A DNA stretch of 32,000 bases from Propionibacterium ruminifibrarum. Its GTDB lineage: Bacteria; Actinomycetota; Actinomycetes; Propionibacteriales; Propionibacteriaceae. Positions 16,739-27,108 of the stretch are shown in pieces (the stretch's first letter is position 1; every line of letters starts with the position of its first letter). The notes below the pieces were generated by a model. That model was not told the origin of the DNA, did not search any database, and saw only the letters and a list, made by a program, of their open reading frames with translations. The DNA is taken from contig NZ_OMOH01000011.1 in the NCBI RefSeq assembly GCF_900289195.1, forward strand, positions 1-32,000, read 5' to 3'. The translations under genes were made by a program, and so were the position numbers.

Positions 16739-18052
16739 GTGATTTCGGCTTTCCTCAACGCGTTCCGGTCCCCGGACCTGCGCAAGAAGATCCTGTTCAC
16801 CCTGATGATCCTCGTGATCTTCAGGCTGGGGGCCTCCATCCCCACCCCCAACGTGAACATCTCCGCGATCCAGCAGTGCGCGGCCGATGCCACCACGGGT
16901 GACGCGGCCGGCGCCTACGCGATGATCAACCTGTTCAGCGGCGGCGCGCTGCTGCACCTGTCGGTCTTCGCGCTGGGCATCATGCCGTACATCACGGCGT
17001 CGATCATCCTGCAGCTGCTGACCGTCGTCATCCCGCACCTGGAGAACCTCAAGAAGGAGGGCTCCACCGGGCAGGAGACGATCACCAAGTACACGCGCTG
17101 GGTCACGGTCGTCCTCGCCGTCCTGCAGGCCACCAGCTTCACGATGCTGGCCGTCTCCGGCCAGCTGTACAGCACCTGCACCCAGTCGGTCGTCTACGAC
17201 ACCGGTATCTTCTCGATCGTCGTCATGATCCTCACCATGACCGCCGGCACCTCGCTCATCATGTGGCTCGGCGAGCTCATCACCGACCGCGGCATCGGCA
17301 ACGGCATGTCGATCCTCATCTTCACCCAGATCGCGGCGCGTTTCCCGAGCTCGATGTGGGCCATCCGCACCGCCCACCCCGGGAACCAGGGCTGGCTGCT
17401 CATGATCATCGTCGTCGCCGTCGGCCTGCTGGTCATGGCCGGGGTGGTCTTCGTCGAGCAGGCGCAGCGGCGCATCCCCGTGCAGTACGCCAAACGCATG
17501 GTCGGCAACCGTCTCATGGGCGGGTCCAGCACCTACATCCCGCTGAAGGTCAACCAGGCCGGCGTCATCCCGGTCATCTTCGCCTCCTCGATCCTGTACC
17601 TGCCCTCGCTCTACCTGATCTTCCGGCCGACCGGGAAGGCCTCGGAGTGGATCGCCGCGAACCTGGCGGGCACCGGGGACAGCCTCGTCTACAACGTCAT
17701 CTACCTGCTGCTCATCATCTTCTTCACGTACTTCTACGTGGCGATCACCTTCGACCCGGTGGAGATCAGCGACAACATGCGCAAGTACGGCGGCTTCATC
17801 CCCGGCGTCCGGGCCGGCAAACCCACGGAGGACTACCTGGCGTACGTCCTGAGCAGGCTGACCGCTCCGGGATCGCTCTACCTGGCGGTCATCTCGCTCA
17901 TCCCGACGCTGGCCATCATCTGGATCAACGCCGACCAGAACTTCCCCTTCGGCGGCACGAGTCTGCTCATCATGGTTGGTGTCGGTCTCGACACCATGAA
18001 ACAGGTGGAGTCCCAGCTCCATCAGCACAACTACGAAGGGTTCCTCAGATGA
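16739..18052 (+). CDS. secY: Preprotein translocase subunit SecY
   Basis: 437 aa: [38 protein letters not shown]...[15 protein letters not shown]...GNGMSILIF, with 10 TM segments. GTG start. Confidence 0.95.
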   Translation: MISAFLNAFRSPDLRKKILFTLMILVIFRLGASIPTPNVNISAIQQCAADATTGDAAGAYAMINLFSGGALLHLSVFALGIMPYITASIILQLLTVVIPHLENLKKEGSTGQETITKYTRWVTVVLAVLQATSFTMLAVSGQLYSTCTQSVVYDTGIFSIVVMILTMTAGTSLIMWLGELITDRGIGNGMSILIFTQIAARFPSSMWAIRTAHPGNQGWLLMIIVVAVGLLVMAGVVFVEQAQRRIPVQYAKRMVGNRLMGGSSTYIPLKVNQAGVIPVIFASSILYLPSLYLIFRPTGKASEWIAANLAGTGDSLVYNVIYLLLIIFFTYFYVAITFDPVEISDNMRKYGGFIPGVRAGKPTEDYLAYVLSRLTAPGSLYLAVISLIPTLAIIWINADQNFPFGGTSLLIMVGVGLDTMKQVESQLHQHNYEGFLR

Positions 18053-18621
18053 GACTGTTGATCATGGGCGCCCCCGGGGCGGGCAAGGGCACGCAGGCCG
18101 TCGGCATCGCCGAGCACTACGGCATTCCGGCGATCTCCACCGGTGACATCTTCCGGGCCAACGTGAAGCAGGGCACCGAGCTGGGTAAGCAGGTCAGCGC
18201 CATCATGGCCGCCGGCAACTACGTGCCCGACGAACTCACCGAACAGATCATCACCAACCGGCTCGACGAGGCCGACGCGGCCGACGGCTGGCTGCTCGAC
18301 GGTTTCCCCCGCACCCTGCACCAGGTCGAGGCGCTCGGGGCCTACCTGGCGGAGCACTCCGCCGGTCTGGATGCCGTGATCTGCCTCGACGTCGACCCGG
18401 AGGACCTCATCGCCCGGCTCCTCAAGCGCGCCGGCATCGAGGGCCGTGTCGACGACAACGAGGAGACCATCCGCCACCGCATGGACGTCTACCTGGAGTC
18501 CACCCAGCCCCTGCTCGACACCTACGAGCAGCAGGGCCTGCTCGTGAGGGTCGACGGCAACGGCACCGTCGAGGAGGTCGGTGCCCGCATCACCGCCGCC
18601 GTCGACGCCTTCGTGGCCTGA
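18049..18621 (+). CDS. adk: Adenylate kinase (short-lid type)
   Basis: [16 protein letters not shown] (P-loop) and LLDGFPRT. The ATG overlaps the secY TGA (ATGA). Confidence 0.95.
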   Translation: MRLLIMGAPGAGKGTQAVGIAEHYGIPAISTGDIFRANVKQGTELGKQVSAIMAAGNYVPDELTEQIITNRLDEADAADGWLLDGFPRTLHQVEALGAYLAEHSAGLDAVICLDVDPEDLIARLLKRAGIEGRVDDNEETIRHRMDVYLESTQPLLDTYEQQGLLVRVDGNGTVEEVGARITAAVDAFVA

Positions 18622-18630
18622 CCCGGGCCC

Positions 18631-19464
18631 ATGCGCGAGCGAATCGAGATCAAGACACCCGACCAGATCCGCCTCATGCGCCGGGCCGGGCTGGTGACCG
18701 CCGAAGGCCTCGAGGCGATGAGCGCCGCCGCACGGCCGGGCGTCACCACGGGGGAGCTTGATCGGATCGGCCGTGAGGTGCTGGCCAGGCGCGGCGCCCG
18801 GAGCAACTTCCTCAACTACGGCGCCGGCTGGGGTTACCCGCCCTTCCCCGGCGTGGCCTGCATCAGCGTCAATGAGGTCGTCGTCCACGGCATCCCCGGT
18901 GAACGCGTCCTCGCCGAGGGGGACATCGTCTCCATCGACTTCGGCGCCATCGTCGAGGGCTGGCACGCCGATGCCGCCCGGACCGTCGCCGTCGGCGAGG
19001 TCGACGAGCCGTCCCGTACCCTCTCCGAGGTGACCCGCCGGTCCATGTGGGACGGCATCGCCCGGATCCGCGCCGGCGCCCGCGTCGGCGACGTCTCCCA
19101 CGGAGTCGAGTCCTCGGTCGGTTCGCACGGCCGCTCGTACGGCGTGCTGCGCGAGTACACCGGGCACGGCATCGGTACCGCCATGCACCAGCCCCCGGAC
19201 GTGCCGAACGTCGGTCGCCCGCGCAGGGGTCCACGCATCGTCGCCGGCATGTGCCTGTGCGTCGAACCCATGGTGACCCTCGGCGGTGAGGAGGTCGTCG
19301 AGCTCGACGACGGATGGACCGTCGTGACCCGGGACTCCTCACGGGCCGCGCACTGGGAGAACACGGTGGCCGTCATGCCCGACGGCCTGTGGGTGCTCAC
19401 CGAACCCGACGGCGGCGAGGCCGAACTCGGGGGCAGGGGAGTCCGGTTCGCCCCGCTGGGCTGA
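18631..19464 (+). CDS. map: Type I methionine aminopeptidase
   Basis: 277 aa with VVHGIPG, DIVSIDFGA, TGHGIGTAMH, CVEPM and AHWENTV metal-ligand motifs. Starts 9 nt after adk. Confidence 0.93.
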   Translation: MRERIEIKTPDQIRLMRRAGLVTAEGLEAMSAAARPGVTTGELDRIGREVLARRGARSNFLNYGAGWGYPPFPGVACISVNEVVVHGIPGERVLAEGDIVSIDFGAIVEGWHADAARTVAVGEVDEPSRTLSEVTRRSMWDGIARIRAGARVGDVSHGVESSVGSHGRSYGVLREYTGHGIGTAMHQPPDVPNVGRPRRGPRIVAGMCLCVEPMVTLGGEEVVELDDGWTVVTRDSSRAAHWENTVAVMPDGLWVLTEPDGGEAELGGRGVRFAPLG

Positions 19465-19509
19465 GCGGGCGGGCGCGGCCGGTGCCGGCGGGTCGCATAG
19501 GCTGTTGTC

Positions 19510-19875
19510 ATGACGAACATGCCGGTGCCCGGGGAGCAGTTCGAGCGCGACCGGTCGCGCCTCAATGACCTCCTGGGCGCCGCCTACACCGGCGGTCACC
19601 TCGACCTGGCCGACTACCGTGAGCTGCAGGACGAACTGTTCACCGCCGGCAGCAGGGCCGAGCTCGCCAGGATCGGCGAGAGACTGCCCGCGCAGTACCG
19701 CTTCAGCGACCCCGCAGGGTCCAGCAATGACGTCGCCCTCGCCCCCGGGCAGGTCAACGACCCCTCGATCCGCCCCGACAGCACCCCCGCTGTCAGGGCC
19801 TCGTCGTGGTTCGGCATCGGCGCCGCGGTGGTGCTCGTGGCGGTCGTCGTACTGCTCCTGGTGGCACTTCTCTGA
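19510..19875 (+). CDS. DUF1707-domain protein with a C-terminal TM anchor
   Basis: ERDRSRLNDLLGAAYTGGHLDLADYRELQDELFTAGSRAELARIGERLP matches the DUF1707 pattern. C-terminal helix WFGIGAAVVLVAVVVLLLVALL. Confidence 0.7.
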   Translation: MTNMPVPGEQFERDRSRLNDLLGAAYTGGHLDLADYRELQDELFTAGSRAELARIGERLPAQYRFSDPAGSSNDVALAPGQVNDPSIRPDSTPAVRASSWFGIGAAVVLVAVVVLLLVALL

Positions 19876-20033
19876 CAAGCCGCGGAGTGAGGATCATTCG
19901 CAGCTGATTCGGCCTCCTGACCAGGGGAATCGGTGGCGGGCGGGATGTTCTGGCCGCATGCTGGTCCCAGCACTGGATTTGTGGACTGAGGCAGCCCTAA
20001 GGTTTGGTCCGAGTGGATCGAACAGGAGGACTG

Positions 20034-21020
20034 ATGCAGCACGACCACGCCCACGGCGCTCCCGGCGGGCACCGGCCAGGCGGATCCGATGAGGTGCACG
20101 AGCACCATCACCACGACCACGGCGTGACCGTCACCGCCACCACTCGCCGCGGCCCCCTGTGGGGGGCGCTTCTGCTCCTGCTCGCCTTCATGCTGGTCGA
20201 GGTCGTCGTCGCGCTGCTGACCGGCTCCCTCGCCCTGCTGTCCGACGCCGGCCACATGCTCACCGATGCCGCGTCGATCGCCATCGCCCTGTGGGCCGCC
20301 AAGCTGGCGGTCCGCCCGCCGAAGGGGTCCATGACCTTCGGGTGGCGCAGGGCCGAGATCATCTCCGCGATGGTCAACGGCGTGAGCCTGCTGGTGGTGG
20401 CCGTCATCGTCCTCGTCGAGGCCATCGAACGCCTCGTCGACCCGCCCGAGGTCGACGCCGTCCCCGTCATGATCGTGGCGGTGATCGGCATGGTCGTCAA
20501 CGTCGTCGACGTCCGCCTCATCGCCGCGGCCAACCGCACCAGCCTGAACGTCGAGGGCGCCTACCAGCACATCCTCACCGATCTGTTCGGGTTCATCGGC
20601 ACCCTCGCCGCGGCGGCCGTCATCCTCGTCACCGGCTGGATGCGGGCCGACGCGATCGCCTCACTCATCGTCGTCCTCCTCATGGTGCGGGCCGGCGTGC
20701 CGATCACCGCGAAGGCAGTGCGCATCCTCATGGAGGCGGCACCCTCCGATCTCGACCTGGACGAGGTACACCGGCACCTGCTCGACGTCGACCACGTCAA
20801 GGCGGCCCACGACCTGCACGCGTGGACCGTCACATCGGGCGTCACCGCGGTGAGCGCGCACGTCATCATCGCCGACGAGTGCTTCACCGACGCCCATGCC
20901 AACCAGATCCTCGACGAACTGGACGAGTGCCTGGCCGCACACTTCGGTATCGACCACTCCACCATCCAGCTCGAGCCGGCCAAACACCAGGAGCACGAGC
21001 ACAACACGACGAGCGTGTGA
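20034..21020 (+). CDS. Cation diffusion facilitator (CzcD/ZitB-type) divalent metal efflux transporter with a His-rich N-terminus
   Basis: MQHDHAHGAPGGHRPGGSDEVHEHHHHDHG, then SLALLSDAGHMLTDA and AYQHILTDLFG (CDF TM2/TM5 HxxxD metal site). AGGAGGA RBS at 20024-20030. Confidence 0.88.
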   Translation: MQHDHAHGAPGGHRPGGSDEVHEHHHHDHGVTVTATTRRGPLWGALLLLLAFMLVEVVVALLTGSLALLSDAGHMLTDAASIAIALWAAKLAVRPPKGSMTFGWRRAEIISAMVNGVSLLVVAVIVLVEAIERLVDPPEVDAVPVMIVAVIGMVVNVVDVRLIAAANRTSLNVEGAYQHILTDLFGFIGTLAAAAVILVTGWMRADAIASLIVVLLMVRAGVPITAKAVRILMEAAPSDLDLDEVHRHLLDVDHVKAAHDLHAWTVTSGVTAVSAHVIIADECFTDAHANQILDELDECLAAHFGIDHSTIQLEPAKHQEHEHNTTSV

Positions 21021-21036
21021 GCCCCCGAAACGACGA

Positions 21037-21071
21037 CAGCGGCCCGCAGCCCGTGAGGCCGCGGGCCGCTG
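21037..21071. terminator. Hairpin with an 11-bp GC-rich stem between the convergent CDF and yciI genes
   Basis: cagcggcccgc (21037-21047) pairs with gcgggccgctg (21061-21071), with a 13-nt loop. Confidence 0.5.
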
Positions 21072-21085
21072 CGGGTGGCAGAGGG

Positions 21086-21376
21086 TCAGGGCTGGGCGAA
21101 GATACCGGTGACCGGGTTCCACTCGATGACGCTGCGGTCGGAGACGATGCCCTCCGTGACCATCGGGTCGGCATCGCTGAGCGCGGTGGCGGCGGCCTCG
21201 TCGGGGGCCTCGACGATGAGCAACGCCCTGACCGGGTCGGTGCCCAGCAGGGGGCCCGCCGCCTTGAGCGAGCCGGCGGCGTACAACTCGCGCAGATAGG
21301 CCCGGTGCACCGGACGGACCGCATCGGCGTCCTTGGCCGGATCGTAGGTGTAGTTGATCGTGAAGAAGGACATCAT
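21086..21376 (-). CDS. YciI-family protein
   Basis: 96 aa: MMSFFTINYTYDPAKDADAVRPVHRAYLRELYAAGSLKAAGPLLGT...LLIVEAPDEAAATALSDADPMV, the typical YciI-like fold pattern. GAGGAG RBS. Confidence 0.8.
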   Translation of the reverse strand: MMSFFTINYTYDPAKDADAVRPVHRAYLRELYAAGSLKAAGPLLGTDPVRALLIVEAPDEAAATALSDADPMVTEGIVSDRSVIEWNPVTGIFAQP

Positions 21377-21662
21377 TGCTCCTCGGGATGCGTCGACTGG
21401 CACTCCCAAGCAAAGCAGATCACGCCCTCGGGCGCGCGCCACCCCGCCCAGCGGGCAGCCGGCCGGTTCGTGGTCGCCGCAGCCGAGCGGGGGCGCGGGC
21501 GGTTGCCGCGGGCCGGCGGCGGATTTGGGCGCCGGGCCCAGGTGGCATAACATTGACCGTCGGTTCATTGTGTCCGGTGATGCCCGCATGGTCGCATGCG
21601 GGTGTCCGTGTGGTTTCGGCCGTCGGGCACGTCCAAGCGTTCGATCAAGAGATTGAGAGTCT

Positions 21663-21884
21663 ATGGCCAAAAAAGAGGGAGCCTTGGAGCTCGAGGGCAC
21701 AGTCGTCGAGGCCCTGCCCAATGCGATGTTCCGCGTTGAGCTGGACAACGGCCACAAGGTGCTGTCGACGATCAGCGGGAAGATGCGTCAGCACTACATC
21801 CGCATCCTGCCCCAGGACCGTGTCGTCGTGGAGCTCTCCCCCTATGACCTGACGCGTGGACGCATCGTCTACCGCCACAAGTAA
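21663..21884 (+). CDS. infA: Translation initiation factor IF-1
   Basis: [73 protein letters not shown]. Confidence 0.96.
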   Translation: MAKKEGALELEGTVVEALPNAMFRVELDNGHKVLSTISGKMRQHYIRILPQDRVVVELSPYDLTRGRIVYRHK

Positions 21885-21944
21885 TCACGTCACACCCATG
21901 ACCGTGGGGCATCGTGCCCCGCGGCCCATTCAAGGAGAGGCTCG

Positions 21945-22058
21945 ATGAAGGTTCAGCCGAGCGTCAAGAAGATCTGCGACAACTGCAAGGTGATCCGTCG
22001 CCGCGGTGTCGTCCGGGTGATCTGCACCAACCCGCGCCACAAGCAGCGCCAGGGCTGA
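21945..22058 (+). CDS. rpmJ: 50S ribosomal protein L36 (zinc-binding Cys/His form)
   Basis: Below the ORF track's size cut-off. ATG 21945 follows AAGGAGAGG and gives [37 protein letters not shown], with TGA at 22056-22058. Confidence 0.93.
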   Translation: MKVQPSVKKICDNCKVIRRRGVVRVICTNPRHKQRQG

Positions 22059-22269
22059 GCACCCGCTCTTCACGACAACTGAACAACCGCTGCGGGCCCC
22101 GTGCCGCGCAGCGGCTCCCAACGTGAGTGCAGGGCTGGGCCGGACCCAGTCAAACCCCTGGACGAAGGCCAGGGCCCGCCGGGGACCCGATCCCCGGGCC
22201 GCGGGAACGCCTCACGCCACAACCTTCGCGGCCGGGTGGAACCGGCCGAGAACTGAAAGGTACCGCCTG

Positions 22270-22644
22270 ATGGCACGCCTCGAAGGTGTCGACCTGCCGC
22301 GCGACAAGCGCCTGGAGGTCGCACTCACATACATTTACGGCATCGGGAGGACCCGTGCCGACAAGATCCTGGAAGCAACCGGTGTCAGCCCCGACATCCG
22401 CGTGAGGGACCTGACCGACGAGCAGCTCGTCGCCCTCCGCGATTTCATCGACGCCAACTACGAGGTCGAGGGCGATCTTCGCCGCGCCGTGGCAGCCGAC
22501 ATTCGCCGCAAGGTCGAGATCGGCACCTACCAGGGCCGCCGCCACCGCGCCGGCCTGCCGGTCCGCGGCCAGCGCACCCGCACCAACGCCCGCACCCGCA
22601 AGGGCCGCAAGAAGGCCGTCGCAGGCAAGAAGAAGGCCCGCTGA
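22270..22644 (+). CDS. rpsM: 30S ribosomal protein S13
   Basis: [39 protein letters not shown]...[25 protein letters not shown] use the internal ATG of track ORF 22123..22644. Confidence 0.95.
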   Translation: MARLEGVDLPRDKRLEVALTYIYGIGRTRADKILEATGVSPDIRVRDLTDEQLVALRDFIDANYEVEGDLRRAVAADIRRKVEIGTYQGRRHRAGLPVRGQRTRTNARTRKGRKKAVAGKKKAR

Positions 22645-22694
22645 GCCCCAGGGCGACGCGGAACAAGGATTGATTCCAGGAGACTGAGAACTTT

Positions 22695-23102
22695 ATGGCT
22701 ACTGCAGCCCGCAAGGCCGCCGCGAAGACCAAGGTGCGGCGCAAGGAGAAGAAGAATGTGGTCGCCGGTCAGGCCCACATCAAGAGCACGTTCAACAACA
22801 CGATCATCGCCATCACCGACACCAATGGCGCCGTGATCGCATGGGCCTCGGCCGGCACCGTCGGTTTCAAGGGCTCCCGCAAGTCGACCCCGTTCGCCGC
22901 CCAGATGGCAGCCGAGGCTGTTGGTCGTCGTGCCATGGACCATGGCATGAAGCGCGTCGACGTCTTCGTCAAGGGTCCCGGCTCCGGTCGTGAGACCGCC
23001 ATCCGTTCGCTCGGCGCCATCGGCCTGGAGGTCGGCACGATCTCCGACGTCACCCCGGTGCCGCACAACGGCTGCCGCCCCCCGAAGCGCCGCCGCGTCT
23101 GA
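22695..23102 (+). CDS. rpsK: 30S ribosomal protein S11
   Basis: [46 protein letters not shown]...[25 protein letters not shown]. Confidence 0.96.
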   Translation: MATAARKAAAKTKVRRKEKKNVVAGQAHIKSTFNNTIIAITDTNGAVIAWASAGTVGFKGSRKSTPFAAQMAAEAVGRRAMDHGMKRVDVFVKGPGSGRETAIRSLGAIGLEVGTISDVTPVPHNGCRPPKRRRV

Positions 23103-23133
23103 ACCCGACCAAGCAGAAAAGGACTGAACAACA

Positions 23134-23739
23134 ATGGCCCGTTACACCGGCCCCATGACCAAGAAGTCCCGTCGCCTCGGGGTGGACCTGGTCGGCAACG
23201 ACAAGGCGTTCGAACGCCGCCCGTACGCCCCGGGCGTCCACGGCCGCGGCCGCACGAAGGACTCGGAGTACTCGCTCCAGCTACGTGAGAAGCAGAAGGC
23301 GCGTTTCGCCTACGGCGTGCTCGAGAAGCAGTTCCGGCACTACTACGAGGAGGCCTCCCGCCGTCAGGGCAAGACCGGTGACCTGCTGCTGCAGATCCTC
23401 GAGTCCCGCCTCGACAACGTCGTGTACCGCGCCGGCTTCGCACAGACCCGCCGCCAGGCCCGTCAGATGGTCAGCCACGGCCACTTCCTCGTCAACGGCA
23501 GGAAGGTGAACATCCCCAGCTTCCGGGTGAGCGCCCTCGACATCATCGACGTGCGCCCGAAGAGCCAGCAGATGGTCCCCTTCATCGTGGCCCGTGAGAC
23601 CTTCGGCGAACGCGACGTGCCCGCCTGGCTCACGGTCAAGCCCAACAAGATGCGCATCCTCGTGCATCAGCTGCCCACGCGCGACCAGATCGTCGTGGAC
23701 GTCAACGAGCAGGCAATCGTCGAGCTCTACTCGAAGTGA
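23134..23739 (+). CDS. rpsD: 30S ribosomal protein S4
   Basis: MARYTGPMTKKSRRLGVDL...YSLQLREKQKARFAYGVLEKQFRHYYEEA...LESRLDNVVYRAGFAQTRRQARQMVSHGHFLVNG. Confidence 0.96.
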   Translation: MARYTGPMTKKSRRLGVDLVGNDKAFERRPYAPGVHGRGRTKDSEYSLQLREKQKARFAYGVLEKQFRHYYEEASRRQGKTGDLLLQILESRLDNVVYRAGFAQTRRQARQMVSHGHFLVNGRKVNIPSFRVSALDIIDVRPKSQQMVPFIVARETFGERDVPAWLTVKPNKMRILVHQLPTRDQIVVDVNEQAIVELYSK

Positions 23740-23747
23740 TTCGGCGC

Positions 23748-23811
23748 CCCCGCGCCGGCCGTCGGCGCGGGGCCGTCCTCTTGGCGGGGGCGGGGTCATC
23801 CCCGCCCCCGC
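23748..23811 (+). promoter_or_regulatory. Two consecutive GC-rich hairpins in the rpsD-rpoA spacer (possible attenuator or processing site)
   Basis: ccccgcgccg/cggcgcgggg (23748-23772, 10 bp, 5-nt loop) and gcgggggcgggg-tcat-ccccgcccccgc (23784-23811, 12 bp). Neither has a U-tract. Confidence 0.35.
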
Positions 23812-23887
23812 ACCAGGGCCGCGAGGGGAGTCCTCGTGGCCGGCTCATCGCCCCGTCATATAGCGGTCGGGGCGGAAAGGGAAAAGA

Positions 23888-24910
23888 ATGCTCATCGCAC
23901 AGCGCCCGACCCTCTCCGAAGAGGTCGTCGGCGACTTCCGCTCGCGGTTCATCATCGAGCCCCTCGAACCCGGCTTCGGGTACACGCTCGGCAACTCGCT
24001 GCGCCGCACGCTGCTCAGCTCGATCCCCGGCGCATCGATCACGTCCATCAAGATCGAGGGCTGCCAGCACGAGTTCTCCACCCTGCCCGGTGTCGTCGAG
24101 GACGTCACGGAGATCATCCTCAACCTCAAGGGACTTGTTCTCTCGAGCGAGGAGGACGAGCCCGTCGCCATGTACCTGCGCAAGTCCGGCGCCGGCGATG
24201 TCACGGCCGCCGACATCGCGGCCCCGGCCGGTGTCGAGATCCACAACCCCGAGATGCACATCGCCACGCTGGCCGACAACGGCTCCCTCGAGATGGAGCT
24301 CGTCGTCGAGCGGGGACGCGGCTACGTGTCCAGCGCCCTGAACAACGATCCGGACGCGGAGATCGGGCGGATCCCCGTCGACTCGCTCTACTCGCCCGTG
24401 CTCAAGGTGAGTTACAAGGTCGAGGCCACGCGTGTCGAGACGCGCACCGACTTCGACCGGCTCATCGTCGACGTGGAGACCAAGCCCAGCATCCACCCGA
24501 GGGACGCCGTGGCCTCCGCCGGTAAGACCCTCGTCGAGCTCTTCGGCCTGTTCCGTGAACTCAACGTCGAGGCCGAGGGCGTCGAAATGGGTCCGAGCCC
24601 GGTCGACGAGCAGCTCGCCGCCGACCTGGCCCTGCCCGTCGACGATTTGCATCTGTCGGTGCGCTCGTACAACTGCCTCAAGCGCGAGGGCATCCACACC
24701 GTGGGTGAACTGGTCAGCCGCTCGGAGCAGGATCTGCTCGACATCCGCAACTTCGGTTCGAAGTCGATCGACGAGGTCAAGGAGAAGCTGGCCGAGCTGG
24801 GCCTGTCCCTCAAGGACAGCGCCCCCGGTTTTGATCCGCTGGCGGCGGCCGACCGCTATGAGGACGAAGAAGAAGACGGCGCCGACTACGCCGAGACGGA
24901 ACAGTACTGA
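23888..24910 (+). CDS. rpoA: DNA-directed RNA polymerase subunit alpha
   Basis: 340 aa: [29 protein letters not shown]...[21 protein letters not shown]...[19 protein letters not shown]. Confidence 0.96.
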   Translation: MLIAQRPTLSEEVVGDFRSRFIIEPLEPGFGYTLGNSLRRTLLSSIPGASITSIKIEGCQHEFSTLPGVVEDVTEIILNLKGLVLSSEEDEPVAMYLRKSGAGDVTAADIAAPAGVEIHNPEMHIATLADNGSLEMELVVERGRGYVSSALNNDPDAEIGRIPVDSLYSPVLKVSYKVEATRVETRTDFDRLIVDVETKPSIHPRDAVASAGKTLVELFGLFRELNVEAEGVEMGPSPVDEQLAADLALPVDDLHLSVRSYNCLKREGIHTVGELVSRSEQDLLDIRNFGSKSIDEVKEKLAELGLSLKDSAPGFDPLAAADRYEDEEEDGADYAETEQY

Positions 24911-24953
24911 TCTGTGCGCCCTCGCGCGCGCCACATGATTTGGAGAGAGAAAC

Positions 24954-25508
24954 ATGCCCAAGCCCACGAAGGGTCCCCGCCTCGGCGGCAGCGCATCCCA
25001 CCAGCGGATCATCCTGGCCAACCTCGCCAGCCAGTTGTTCGAGCACGGCCGGATCACCACCACGGTGACCCGTGCCCGTCGCGTGCAGCCCCTGGCCGAG
25101 ACGCTCATCACCAAGGCGAAGCGCGGTGACCTGCACAACCGCCGCATCGTCGCCAGGACCATCCGCGACAAGGAGGTGCTGCGCCACCTCTTCGACGACA
25201 TCGCACCGGCGCTCGAAGGCCGCGACGGCGGTTGCACCCGGATCACGAAGATCGGCAACCGCCGGGGCGACAACGCCCCGATGGCCGTCATCGAGATCAT
25301 CACCGAACCGGTCAGCCCCAAGAGCCAGGCCAAGCCAGCCCCGACCGCCGCCGAGACTGTCGAGGCGATCGAGGAGGCCGCTGCTGCTGCCGCCGACACC
25401 GAGGCCGCTGACGAGGAGCAGGCCGAGGCCGTCGTCGAGGATGAGCAGGCCGAGGCCGCTGAGGACGAGGACGCGGTGGAGCCCGCCGAGGCGGACGAGG
25501 AGAAGTGA
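24954..25508 (+). CDS. rplQ: 50S ribosomal protein L17 with an acidic Ala/Glu-rich C-terminal extension
   Basis: [64 protein letters not shown]..., followed by an extra ~65 A/E/D-rich residues. GGAGAGAGA RBS. Confidence 0.93.
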   Translation: MPKPTKGPRLGGSASHQRIILANLASQLFEHGRITTTVTRARRVQPLAETLITKAKRGDLHNRRIVARTIRDKEVLRHLFDDIAPALEGRDGGCTRITKIGNRRGDNAPMAVIEIITEPVSPKSQAKPAPTAAETVEAIEEAAAAAADTEAADEEQAEAVVEDEQAEAAEDEDAVEPAEADEEK

Positions 25509-25531
25509 GTCACTGATCCGACGTCGTGAGT

Positions 25532-25567
25532 CATGATGCCCGGCCCCGGAAGGGGCCGGGCATCATG
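25532..25567 (+). terminator. Perfect 16-bp hairpin 24 nt downstream of rplQ
   Basis: catgatgcccggcccc-ggaa-ggggccgggcatcatg. Confidence 0.6.
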
Positions 25568-25621
25568 CGTTGCGGCTCGGATCGGTGTTCCCCGACACGG
25601 GCGGCTCGGTTCCGGACAGGG

Positions 25622-25671
25622 GAAGACGCGAGGCCCCACCCGATCGGATGCGGGTGGGGCCTCGCGTCTTC
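25622..25671 (-). terminator. Perfect 21-bp hairpin about 40 nt downstream of the rpfB stop
   Basis: gaagacgcgaggccccacccg (25622-25642), 8-nt loop, cgggtggggcctcgcgtcttc (25651-25671). Confidence 0.6.
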
Positions 25672-25709
25672 GCGTCCGGCCCGGTCCGGGGCCGTGTCGC
25701 GTGGGGGTC

Positions 25710-27016
<1,307 letters not shown>

Positions 27017-27053
27017 GTAAAAGGGGCTCCCCGTCGCACACGGGGAGCCCCTT
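27017..27053 (-). terminator. Rho-independent terminator of sodA
   Basis: aaggggctccccg (27021-27033), 7-nt loop, cggggagcccctt (27041-27053). On the - strand the 13-bp stem is followed by UUUUA. It sits 56 nt after the sodA stop. Confidence 0.8.
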
Positions 27054-27108
27054 CGTCCGGGAAACGGTTGCCTCAAGTTTCCTGAGAAACCATGTCCAAC
27101 GGTCCGAC

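Noticed and set aside
15938-18028. 696-aa - strand ORF antisense to the MBL hydrolase and secY
   Set aside because: It lies antisense to an unambiguous secY, and its composition (D/R/G/H-rich) is non-protein-like.
21354-21852. Track ORFs 21354..21656 (100 aa) and 21376..21852 (158 aa) in the yciI-infA spacer
   Set aside because: The peptides are Arg/Pro/Gly-rich with no RBS or motifs. They overlap the yciI start or the infA frame, so I treat the region as non-coding.
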